This document shows positions 1 to 6,352 of a stretch of 10,501 nt of DNA, one piece after another (position 1 is the stretch's first letter; each line of letters starts with the position of its first letter). Under the pieces are notes generated by a model, which ran no database searches, had not been told where the DNA came from, and worked only from the letters and a program-made list of their open reading frames with translations. Where the stretch lies: UHGV virus genome UHGV-0105382; one strand, 5' to 3'. The DNA comes from a virus. A program made the translations under genes and the position numbers.

Positions 1-10
1 ATCTTCTTTG

Positions 11-37
11 CCCTCCAATGTGAGGGAAATTTTTTTG
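11..37 (+). terminator. Possible intrinsic terminator hairpin (CCCTC / GAGGG stem, 7-nt loop, then AAATTTTTTT)
   Basis: Seen in sequence: 5-bp GC-rich inverted repeat at 11-15 and 23-27, followed by a T7 run. Short stem and window-edge position limit confidence. Confidence 0.3.
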
Positions 38-49
38 ACGGAGTGAACG

Positions 50-298
50 ATGATAAAAACTGATTACCCTGCAGAGCTTAAACAAAAAGTAATAACAGCA
101 ATTAAATGCTCTTTTATCTCATGTCGTACAGATGAAGAACGATATGTCGTTGAGTGTGCAATTGTCGAGTTTCTCACAGCGATGGAATTTACCGCTGCAG
201 AATCAATAGATGTATTAAAGCAATCAGACGGAAATGATATTGAAACGGATGATGTTATTGACCGACTAATAAAATCATTCGAAGAAGAAATAGAGTAG
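50..298 (+). CDS. Hypothetical small acidic protein (82 aa, about 20 Asp/Glu against 9 Lys/Arg)
   Basis: ORF with GGAG at 40-43 six nt before the ATG. Sits upstream of the cIII-like gene, where lambda carries ral/ea10. No family recognised. Confidence 0.6.
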   Translation: MIKTDYPAELKQKVITAIKCSFISCRTDEERYVVECAIVEFLTAMEFTAAESIDVLKQSDGNDIETDDVIDRLIKSFEEEIE

Positions 299-381
299 CC
301 GCCTGAGCGCGGCTTTACCGCATACCAATAATGCTTCACGAGAGGCATTTTCGTTATGCAATCAAATATAAGGAGTTACCC

Positions 382-516
382 ATGATGCACTTTCAGCTCG
401 CGGGTAGCGGCGTCATGTCCGCTTTCTACCCGCACGAATCTGAATTATCACGCCGAGTTAAACAATTAATCAGAGCAGCAAAGAAACAACTGGAGGCGTT
501 ATGCGCAATGAAATAG
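382..516 (+). CDS. cIII: cIII-like protein (putative FtsH inhibitor), 44 aa
   Basis: AGGAG at 371-375, ATG at 382. The translation MMHFQLAGSGVMSAFYPHESELSRRVKQLIR resembles my recollection of lambda cIII (MQYAIAGWPVAGCPSESLLERITRKLR). Position relative to the Kil-like and recombination genes matches lambda. The longer ORF from 331 has no RBS. Confidence 0.55.
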   Translation: MMHFQLAGSGVMSAFYPHESELSRRVKQLIRAAKKQLEALCAMK

Positions 517-653
517 CCATTAATCACCAGATGCTTCGTGCTGCACAAAACAAAGCAGTAATAGCCCGATTTATTGGTGATTCAAAAATGTGGCTTGAAG
601 CAAATAAAGCGATGAAATCAGCTATCAACCTTCCATGGTATCGCAGGAAATGA
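501..653 (+). CDS. kil: Kil-like small protein (putative host cell-division inhibitor), 50 aa
   Basis: ORF not in the supplied track (under 60 aa). GGAGG at 492-496, ATG at 501, 16-nt overlap with the cIII-like 3' end as in lambda. The motif AAQNKAVIARFIGDSKMWLEANKAMK resembles what I recall of lambda Kil (AIQTKFTIATFIGDEKMFREAVDAYK). Assignment rests on memory and synteny. Confidence 0.45.
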   Translation: MRNEIAINHQMLRAAQNKAVIARFIGDSKMWLEANKAMKSAINLPWYRRK

Positions 654-808
654 GTTTTACAGATAACTGGTCAGACGAAGAATTCATTCGTCAGATGAAA
701 GAATTAATCGGTAACGAAGGAGATATTCATGTCACTTGCAACCACAGTGAAGGAGAGCAAGTTACAGAGACGCATGTACACGCAGAAAGCTCTCTGGTAT
801 CGCCATAA
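650..808 (+). CDS. Hypothetical small protein (52 aa)
   Basis: ATG overlaps the Kil-like stop (ATGA), suggesting translational coupling. No independent RBS and no recognisable family. Confidence 0.3.
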   Translation: MSFTDNWSDEEFIRQMKELIGNEGDIHVTCNHSEGEQVTETHVHAESSLVSP

Positions 809-907
809 TGGCGACCGCGAAGGAATGCGGGTATGCCTTAATTTGTCCAGAGTCGAAGTATTAAACCAGCGTTATTTCCTTGGGCCATGTCCATTCTGAG
901 GTGAATT

Positions 908-1615
908 ATGGATTTGAATAAATTCGATGAGCCATTCAGCCCTGAAGATATCGAATGGCGAATACAGCAAAGCGGTAAAACACGCGATGGCAAAGTGTGG
1001 GCTATGGTGCTGGCTTATGTCACGAACCGGGCAATCATGAAACGCCTGGACGATGTTTGCGGCAAAGCAGGATGGCGCAATGAATACCGCGATATTCCCA
1101 ACAACGGCGGCGTTGAATGCGGCATATCAATCAGGATTGATTCCGAATGGGTAACCAAATGGGATGCTGCTGAAAACACGCAGGTAGAAGCCGTCAAAGG
1201 TGGTCGTTCCGGTGCAATGAAGCGCGCTGCCGTTCAGTGGGGAATCGGTCGGTATCTGTATAACCTTGAGGAAGGTTTCGCACAAACATCTCTCGATAAA
1301 AAGCAGGGGTGGCACAGGGCAAAACTGAAGGATGGAACAGGATTTTACTGGCTCCCTCCATCGCTGCCGGGCTGGGCAATGCCAGTATCAGATAACAAAC
1401 CATCACCAGAAAATACCAACCAGAAATCTCCATCGGTTGACTGCGAGCAAATCCTGAAAGACTTCAGCGATTATGCGTCAACAGAAACTGACAAGAAAAA
1501 ACTCATCGAGCGTTATCAGCGTGACTGGCAATTAATGGCTGGCAATGAGGATGCGCAGGCTAAATGCGTTCAGGTAATGAACATCAGAGTTAACGAGCTA
1601 AAACAGGCGGCATAA
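908..1615 (+). CDS. Rad52-like single-strand annealing protein (phage recombinase, Sak/Rad52 type)
   Basis: TGAGGTG RBS at 897-903. Translation carries a Rad52-type core (GWRNEY...GGVECGISIRIDSEW...KRAAVQWGIGRYLYN), comparable to the Rad52 KRSLRGFGNALGNCLY region. Stop is directly followed by the SSB start (TAAATG). Confidence 0.75.
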   Translation: MDLNKFDEPFSPEDIEWRIQQSGKTRDGKVWAMVLAYVTNRAIMKRLDDVCGKAGWRNEYRDIPNNGGVECGISIRIDSEWVTKWDAAENTQVEAVKGGRSGAMKRAAVQWGIGRYLYNLEEGFAQTSLDKKQGWHRAKLKDGTGFYWLPPSLPGWAMPVSDNKPSPENTNQKSPSVDCEQILKDFSDYASTETDKKKLIERYQRDWQLMAGNEDAQAKCVQVMNIRVNELKQAA

Positions 1616-2119
1616 ATGGCAAGCAGAGGCGTAAATAAGGTGATCATTATTGGTCGCCTTGGGCATGATCCAGAAATCAGATATTCACCATCAGGAACGG
1701 CATTTGCAAACCTTACAGTTGCTACGTCAGAACAGTGGCGTGATAAGCAAACTGGAGAGAAAAAGGAGCAGACGGAGTGGCACCGTGTGGTAATGAGCGG
1801 GAAACTGGCAGAAATTGCCAGCGAATATCTGCGAAAAGGCTCTGAGGTTTATCTTGAAGGCAAATTGCGGACAAGAAAATGGCAGGATCAAAGCGGACAG
1901 GATCGGTTCACTACCGAAATCATCGTGGGCGTTGGTGGAACTATGCAAATGATTGGTGGCAAGCAAGGAGGCAATGAACAGTCTTCACCTCAGCGAAATA
2001 ACGGTCAGCAACCTCAGCAGCAAGGGAATCACAGCGAACCACCTATGGATTTTGACGACGATATCCCCTTTGCACCAGTAACTCTCCCCTTCCCTCGTCA
2101 CGCTATTCACGCAATTTAA
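1616..2119 (+). CDS. ssb: Single-stranded DNA-binding protein (phage SSB) with a C-terminal extension past the DDDIPF tip
   Basis: N-terminal OB fold nearly as in E. coli SSB ([16 protein letters not shown]...TEWHRVV...), Gly/Gln-rich linker, conserved MDFDDDIPF motif, then 15 more residues ([15 protein letters not shown]) before the stop. Confidence 0.9.
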   Translation: MASRGVNKVIIIGRLGHDPEIRYSPSGTAFANLTVATSEQWRDKQTGEKKEQTEWHRVVMSGKLAEIASEYLRKGSEVYLEGKLRTRKWQDQSGQDRFTTEIIVGVGGTMQMIGGKQGGNEQSSPQRNNGQQPQQQGNHSEPPMDFDDDIPFAPVTLPFPRHAIHAI

Positions 2120-2127
2120 GGACTTAC

Positions 2128-2676
2128 ATGAATCACTTGATGGTTGACCTTGAAACAATGGGCAACGGGCCATACGCGCCAGTTATTTCTATTGGGGCGG
2201 TATTCTTTGACCCGAATACCGGAGAAACAGGAGAAGAGTTCTCGGTAAATATCTCGCTTGAGTCATCAATGCGATATCGGGCGCGTCCTGACGCTTCAAC
2301 GATTTTATGGTGGATGGAACAGAGTGAAGAAGCCAGAAAATCGCTAACCAGCAACACTCAGGAGCTTTCAACGGCTCTTTCATGGTTATCTGAATTCATC
2401 ATAAAGAACGCTAACCACAAATTCGTTCAGGTTTGGGGGAATGGAGCATCATTTGACTGCGTTATTCTCCGAAACAGTTATTCGCTGACAGGGCAGCCAG
2501 TTCCGTGGCAGTGGTGGAATGACCGCGACGTAAGAACAATCGTCGAGCTTGGAAAGGTAATAGGATTCGACCCTAAGCGAGATATGCCATTCAAAGGAAC
2601 TCGCCACAACGCGCTTGATGATGCCATCCACCAAGCCAAATACGTTTCAGCAATCTGGAAAAAATTAGCTCAATAA
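2128..2676 (+). CDS. DEDDh-family (DnaQ-like) 3'-5' exonuclease
   Basis: All three exonuclease motifs are visible: Exo I (MVDLETMG), Exo II (WGNGASFDCVIL) and Exo III (HNALDDAIHQ). AAGGA RBS sits just upstream of the ATG. Confidence 0.8.
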   Translation: MNHLMVDLETMGNGPYAPVISIGAVFFDPNTGETGEEFSVNISLESSMRYRARPDASTILWWMEQSEEARKSLTSNTQELSTALSWLSEFIIKNANHKFVQVWGNGASFDCVILRNSYSLTGQPVPWQWWNDRDVRTIVELGKVIGFDPKRDMPFKGTRHNALDDAIHQAKYVSAIWKKLAQ

Positions 2677-2692
2677 TCAACAGGAGAAAAAC

Positions 2693-2986
2693 ATGCCAGC
2701 GCCTCTGTATGGTGCGGATGACCCGCGCCGCTGTTCCGGCAAATCCGTATCGGAGGTGCTGGATAAATTCAGAAAAAACTACGACCTGATAATATCGCTA
2801 CCGAAGGAAACGAAAGAGGAAAAGGAATTTCGCCATTGTATATGGCTTGCAGAGAAAGAAGAACGCGAGCGAATTTACCAGACATCAATCCGACCATTCC
2901 GCAAAGCCGCATATACCCACTTCCCTGAAATTGACCCGCGTCTGCGTAATTACCGCTCACGCTATGGCGCTATCAGTAATGACTGA
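2693..2986 (+). CDS. Hypothetical protein (97 aa)
   Basis: AGGAG at 2683-2687, ATG at 2693. No recognisable motif. Basic and Glu-rich. Confidence 0.6.
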   Translation: MPAPLYGADDPRRCSGKSVSEVLDKFRKNYDLIISLPKETKEEKEFRHCIWLAEKEERERIYQTSIRPFRKAAYTHFPEIDPRLRNYRSRYGAISND

Positions 2987-2996
2987 GGAATTAACA

Positions 2997-3287
2997 ATGA
3001 AAACAATGAAGCTAAACATCGGCCTCGGCAAATACGTTATTACCGGAACCAAACACGACCTGATTCTTAGCGAAAGAGGAATTATCAAAGAAGGCGAGAA
3101 TGCAGGGAAAGAAACACTAAGCCGTATCGGTTATTACAGCAAGTTTGAGCATCTGGTTAAAGAGTTATGCAACCGTGAACTCCTGTTATCTCAGGCGCAG
3201 ACGCTACAGGATATTCAGCAGCATATCGAGACATTAGGTGTGTCACTTAGCATGGCTATTGACCAGTTCGTTGAGAGTAAATCATGA
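2997..3287 (+). CDS. Hypothetical protein (96 aa)
   Basis: GAGGA at 2985-2989, ATG at 2997 (MKTMKLNIG...). The track's longer ORF from 2847 overlaps the preceding gene in another frame and has no RBS, so the internal start is preferred. Confidence 0.6.
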   Translation: MKTMKLNIGLGKYVITGTKHDLILSERGIIKEGENAGKETLSRIGYYSKFEHLVKELCNRELLLSQAQTLQDIQQHIETLGVSLSMAIDQFVESKS

Positions 3288-3451
3288 GAGGACTTGCATA
3301 CAATCCCGGCATTCTTCCGGCAGAAATGATTATTCGCCAACGCGTAAAGCCAATGCCATCGAGAGAGGAATTGCTTAAGAGAAAGAGTTTCGGTTCTGTT
3401 AATGACAACAAATATCTGAATGCGATGTTGCGCAAAGGAGGCAACCAATGA
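3284..3451 (+). CDS. Hypothetical small basic protein (55 aa)
   Basis: Not in the supplied track (under 60 aa). ATGA overlaps at both ends (3284-3287 and 3448-3451) and it exactly fills the gap between neighbours. Translation [55 protein letters not shown]. Confidence 0.4.
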   Translation: MRGLAYNPGILPAEMIIRQRVKPMPSREELLKRKSFGSVNDNKYLNAMLRKGGNQ

Positions 3452-3801
3452 GCAAGATTGACTATCAGGCACTGCGTGAAAAGGCAGAGAAAGCAACGTG
3501 TGGTGTGTGGTCGCTCGAATATGGAGAGAGCCGATTTGATTGTGATGATGCGCTAATTCATCGTGACGTTGTTGGATATCTTCCCATTTGCAGAATTGAA
3601 GGAGCGCATCCTGAAAGCGGTTTCGATGAAGATTTCCAAATGGAACAGCAGGCCAATGCTGAATTCATCGCCGCAGCCAATCCGGCTACTGTGCTGGCAC
3701 TACTGGATGAAAACGAAAGACTGTGTCGCGAGCTGATAGCTCGTAATGGTGAGATTGAAGGGCTTCGGAAGTGGGCAGAAGAACGGGAGATGCAACCATG
3801 A
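3448..3801 (+). CDS. Ead/Ea22-like protein (117 aa)
   Basis: AGGAGG at 3436-3441. N-terminal module ([18 protein letters not shown] ... [24 protein letters not shown]) recurs in the next gene and matches my recollection of the Ead/Ea22-like family of lambdoid early-left regions. Confidence 0.65.
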   Translation: MSKIDYQALREKAEKATCGVWSLEYGESRFDCDDALIHRDVVGYLPICRIEGAHPESGFDEDFQMEQQANAEFIAAANPATVLALLDENERLCRELIARNGEIEGLRKWAEEREMQP

Positions 3802-4727
3802 TGACTTTTACCAGCGAACAATTAGCTACCTTACGTAAGATAGCGCAACAGGCAACACAGGGCGAATGGCGTGCATTCATCTCGCCGGACACTGGTACAT
3901 ATGCGGTGCATACGCCGGGGGATGAACGTTGCGGAGACATTATCAAATGGCCTGGCTTTGACGACCAGAAAAATGCAGAGAACAACGCAGAATTTATCGC
4001 AGCTTTCAACCCTAAATTAGTGCAGACACTGCTGGATGAACGGGAAAGAAACCAGCAATACATCAAATCACGCGACCAGGAGAACGAGGATATTGCGCTA
4101 ACGGTAGGGAAGCTGCGCGTTGAGCTTGAGGAGGTGAGAGCAAAACTCAATGAACAACGCGAGTATTACGAGGGAGTAATCGCGGATGGAAGGAAGCACA
4201 TAGCAGAACTGGAAAAACAATGCGCCGAATGGGAGCGAAAAGCATTAAGCAACTTTGAAGAGTGTGCTGCGATGGCTGAACGTATCGAAGAGATGCAGAC
4301 AAAATCTGCACCAGATTCGTTTGGCATCATCGGTGAAAATATTCGAACACAGGATAATCGAATAACGTCAGATCCTATGTTTTGTGTGTATCAAAAGCGC
4401 GAAATCGTTGTTGATGCTGATTATGACTATGACCGGATTGTCTGGGTTGATGAAGATGGCAATGAAGCCAATAAACTCCAAAGTCGTCGTCTCGAACTAC
4501 TTCATGAAAACTTTCGGGAGCCACCAGAAAAATGGCGGCGCGTTGCTGTGAAAGATATTGATGAATTCGTTACCTGCTGTTTCACCGAACAGGGTTGTAA
4601 AGACTACCTGGCAGCCAATGGTCACAATCTTCGCTTGCCATTTATATATGTAAAAAGCGGTTTCAGGAACGCTGAATATATCGGCATAAGAAACTGGCTT
4701 GCTGGTATTCGCATCAAAGGAGACTGA
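3798..4727 (+). CDS. Ead/Ea22-like protein, long form (309 aa) with coiled-coil middle and distinct Cys-containing C-terminal domain
   Basis: GGGAGA at 3785-3790, ATG at 3798 overlapping the previous stop (ATGATGA). N-terminal module (EQLATLRKIAQQATQGEW ... NNAEFIAAFNPKLVQTLLDERER) is paralogous to the preceding gene. The track's GTG start at 3771 is less likely. Confidence 0.7.
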   Translation: MMTFTSEQLATLRKIAQQATQGEWRAFISPDTGTYAVHTPGDERCGDIIKWPGFDDQKNAENNAEFIAAFNPKLVQTLLDERERNQQYIKSRDQENEDIALTVGKLRVELEEVRAKLNEQREYYEGVIADGRKHIAELEKQCAEWERKALSNFEECAAMAERIEEMQTKSAPDSFGIIGENIRTQDNRITSDPMFCVYQKREIVVDADYDYDRIVWVDEDGNEANKLQSRRLELLHENFREPPEKWRRVAVKDIDEFVTCCFTEQGCKDYLAANGHNLRLPFIYVKSGFRNAEYIGIRNWLAGIRIKGD

Positions 4728-4728
4728 T

Positions 4729-4938
4729 ATGGCTATTGCCGCAAGTTACACCATGCATCTCTATTGTGATTGTCGCCAGTGTACGGAAGGTGTATATCCA
4801 GTGCCAGACTTCGGTGAGTATATCGGTACGTCATGGTCTGGTTGTGCAAAAGAGGCCCGTAAAGACGGGTGGCGAATAAGCAAAGACAAAACACGTACTT
4901 TTGCGCCCGGGCATAAAGTTTTGAGGATTAACACATGA
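4729..4938 (+). CDS. Hypothetical Cys-rich small protein (69 aa, C-x-C-x2-C ... C; possible zinc ribbon)
   Basis: AAGGAGA at 4717-4723, ATG at 4729. Stop overlaps the next start (ATGA at 4935-4938). Motif HLYCDCRQC plus a later WSGC. Confidence 0.55.
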   Translation: MAIAASYTMHLYCDCRQCTEGVYPVPDFGEYIGTSWSGCAKEARKDGWRISKDKTRTFAPGHKVLRINT

Positions 4939-5708
4939 CCACTATTACCAAAGAACGTATTGAATTGTTCATTAAAAATCCGCTTGAAAACGGGCTTACT
5001 CGTGGCGAACAAATGGAACTGGCACGAATTGCACTGGCATCACTGGAACGCGAACTGATTCGCCACGAGCATGCCAAATGGTCTGACTCCACATTTGGCT
5101 GCGTTGGCCCCATTGGTCCACTGAAACACCTCTCAAAAGAGGCTCTGGAAGCCGCAGCCGAACCAGACGATCTCAGCGAGTGGGCTGATATGCATTTCCT
5201 GTTGTGGGATGCACAGCGCCGTGCTGGCATCAGCGATGCTGAAATTACCGCTGCTATGGAAGATAAATTGAAGATCAACATGGAGCGCCAGTGGCCTGAA
5301 CCAAAAGATGGTGAGCCTCGCTTGCACATTAAAGAACCCGGCAACTCTCCGGTAATTCCGGATGGTTTATCCACGGTATGCGCTGAGGCTTATCAGGTTG
5401 TAGGAGTTATGGCAGATGCGCTTGGTGTATTCGGTGATGCAGCAGTACAGAAAGTTCTGGATAACCTGTCACAGCAAAAACTTGTTCACAGAGATGTGCT
5501 GCCGTTCTCGCTTCCGGTAACTCCGGATGGTTGGATAAGCTGTAGTGATCGAATGCCGAACGACGCGCAGTGGTGCGTAGTGAACACAGAATACGGGTAT
5601 TACGTGCAATGCTGGTCTGAAGGTCAAGGGTGGCTTGGTGATGATATCAGCATCCCTAAATGCGATGTAATCAATTGGATGCCTCTACCAGAACCGCCGC
5701 AGGGGTGA
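4935..5708 (+). CDS. Two-domain prophage protein: N-terminal DUF550-type (dATP/dGTP pyrophosphohydrolase-like) domain and C-terminal DUF551 domain
   Basis: GAGGA at 4923-4927. The C-terminus (GWISCSDRMP...WCVV...DVINWMPLPEPPQG) matches the DUF551 signature as I recall it (W..[SC].DRLP ... W ... HWMPLPEPP). The N-terminal half (EWADMHFLLWDAQRRAGISDAEITAAMEDKLKINMERQWPEP) resembles the MazG-like pyrophosphohydrolase domain often fused to DUF551. Family names are from memory. Confidence 0.7.
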   Translation: MTTITKERIELFIKNPLENGLTRGEQMELARIALASLERELIRHEHAKWSDSTFGCVGPIGPLKHLSKEALEAAAEPDDLSEWADMHFLLWDAQRRAGISDAEITAAMEDKLKINMERQWPEPKDGEPRLHIKEPGNSPVIPDGLSTVCAEAYQVVGVMADALGVFGDAAVQKVLDNLSQQKLVHRDVLPFSLPVTPDGWISCSDRMPNDAQWCVVNTEYGYYVQCWSEGQGWLGDDISIPKCDVINWMPLPEPPQG

Positions 5709-5774
5709 AATGATGCTTGGCCTGAAGTATTTTATGTAATTGGTATTGCTATATTTTTATCTGGGGATAAACGA

Positions 5775-6017
5775 ATGTTCTCTCTGATTCAACGTGGTCA
5801 GATATACACCGATAGCGCTGGCTATCCAGTAAAAATCATTCGTAGTACTGATCACTCAGTATTCTTCAAGAGGATGGATGGCTATCCTGGAAGAGTGTGC
5901 ATCAGAAAATTCAATAATTTATTCGAACACATTGATCACAGAGAATATCACCAGATCCTGGCTGAAACAGAACAGGAGAACCATCTGAAAAAATTACGTG
6001 CTATGCAAAGGAGATAA
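5775..6017 (+). CDS. Hypothetical small protein (80 aa), possibly DUF4222-like
   Basis: GGGGA 7 nt upstream of the ATG. The pattern IQRGQIY.D..GYPVKII...DHSVFFKRMDGYPGRVCIRKF resembles small prophage proteins I recall under DUF4222; the family call is low confidence. Confidence 0.55.
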   Translation: MFSLIQRGQIYTDSAGYPVKIIRSTDHSVFFKRMDGYPGRVCIRKFNNLFEHIDHREYHQILAETEQENHLKKLRAMQRR

Positions 6018-6097
6018 ACCGGTAAAGGTGTTCGCGATAAAGGTGAATATCGGCAATGAATAACAATCCTCGAACTCGCGGGGATTTCTTTTATCTG

Positions 6098-6122
6098 AAC
6101 TCGCTACGGCGAGTTTTGTTTT
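6098..6122 (+). terminator. Putative intrinsic terminator (7-bp stem AACTCGC / GCGAGTT, loop TACG, then TTGTTTT)
   Basis: Seen in sequence: perfect 7-bp inverted repeat followed by a U-rich tract, about 80 nt after the 5775..6017 stop. Confidence 0.4.
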
Positions 6123-6135
6123 ATGGAGATGATAA

Positions 6136-6303
6136 ATGCACTTCCGAGTCACAGGTGAATGGAATGGAGAGCCATTCGACAGGGTTATCGAAGCAGAGGA
6201 CATCAACGACTGCTATAACCACTGGATGATATGGGCGCAGATAGCGCATGCAGACGTAACCAATATTCGAATTGAAGAACTGAAAGAACACCAAGCCGCC
6301 TGA
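6136..6303 (+). CDS. Hypothetical small protein (55 aa)
   Basis: Not in the supplied track (under 60 aa). GGAG at 6125-6128 seven nt before the ATG. Translation MHFRVTGEWNGEPFDRVIEAEDINDCYNHWMIWAQIAHADVTNIRIEELKEHQAA. Stop codon lies in the loop of the next terminator. Confidence 0.45.
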   Translation: MHFRVTGEWNGEPFDRVIEAEDINDCYNHWMIWAQIAHADVTNIRIEELKEHQAA

Positions 6304-6316
6304 TGGCGGTTTTTTC
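6293..6316 (+). terminator. Putative intrinsic terminator (stem GCCGCC / GGCGG(T), loop TGAT, then TTTTTT)
   Basis: Seen in sequence: GC-rich 5-6 bp stem followed by T6, directly upstream of the cII-box/xis region. Confidence 0.55.
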
Positions 6317-6352
6317 TTGCGTGTAATTGCGGAGACTTTGCGATGTACTTAA
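6317..6352 (+). promoter_or_regulatory. pI-like cII-dependent promoter (TTGC-N6-TTGC box overlapping the xis start)
   Basis: TTGC at 6317-6320 and 6327-6330 with a 6-nt spacer, the direct-repeat architecture of lambda cII sites. The surrounding sequence (TTGCGTGTAATTGCGGAGACTTTGCGATGTAC) matches what I recall of the lambda pI/xis region. Confidence 0.5.

Noticed and set aside
297-314. GC-rich hairpin (AGCCGC / GCGGCT) immediately after the 50..298 stop codon
   Set aside because: No following U-tract, so not a canonical intrinsic terminator. Possibly an RNA processing or stability element, but the evidence is too weak to call a feature.
64-348. Minus-strand ORFs throughout the window (e.g. 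64..348, 1015..1433, 3686..4150, 4928..5374, 8769..9296)
   Set aside because: Each lies entirely inside a well-supported + strand gene (SSB, Ea22-like, int, torS and others), lacks an RBS, and gives a low-complexity or Ser/Cys/Arg-rich translation typical of antisense frames. No minus-strand gene is supported.
331-381. Longer N-terminal extension of the cIII-like ORF (track start 331)
   Set aside because: No Shine-Dalgarno before 331. A strong AGGAG sits before the ATG at 382, and homology to cIII begins at that Met.
2847-2996. Track ORF 2847..3287 (146 aa) as a single long gene
   Set aside because: Its 5' part overlaps the 2693..2986 gene in another frame with no RBS. A GAGGA RBS precedes the internal ATG at 2997, so only 2997..3287 is called.
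4699-4728. Track start at 4699 for the Cys-rich ORF, and GTG start at 3771 for the long Ea22-like ORF
   Set aside because: Both would overlap the upstream gene with no RBS. Internal ATGs at 4729 and 3798 have well-spaced Shine-Dalgarno sequences.
5709-5774. Possible sigma70 promoter in the AT-rich gap before the 5775..6017 gene
   Set aside because: Candidate -10 (TATATT, 5750-5755) has no -35 hexamer at acceptable spacing. The gene is more likely expressed by readthrough of the operon.
6056-6229. 57-codon ORF starting ATG 6056 (MNNNPRTRGDFF…) in the leader upstream of the 55-aa gene
   Set aside because: It runs through the terminator hairpin and overlaps the better-supported 6136..6303 ORF out of frame, with no RBS. 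More likely non-coding leader; at most a short attenuator peptide.
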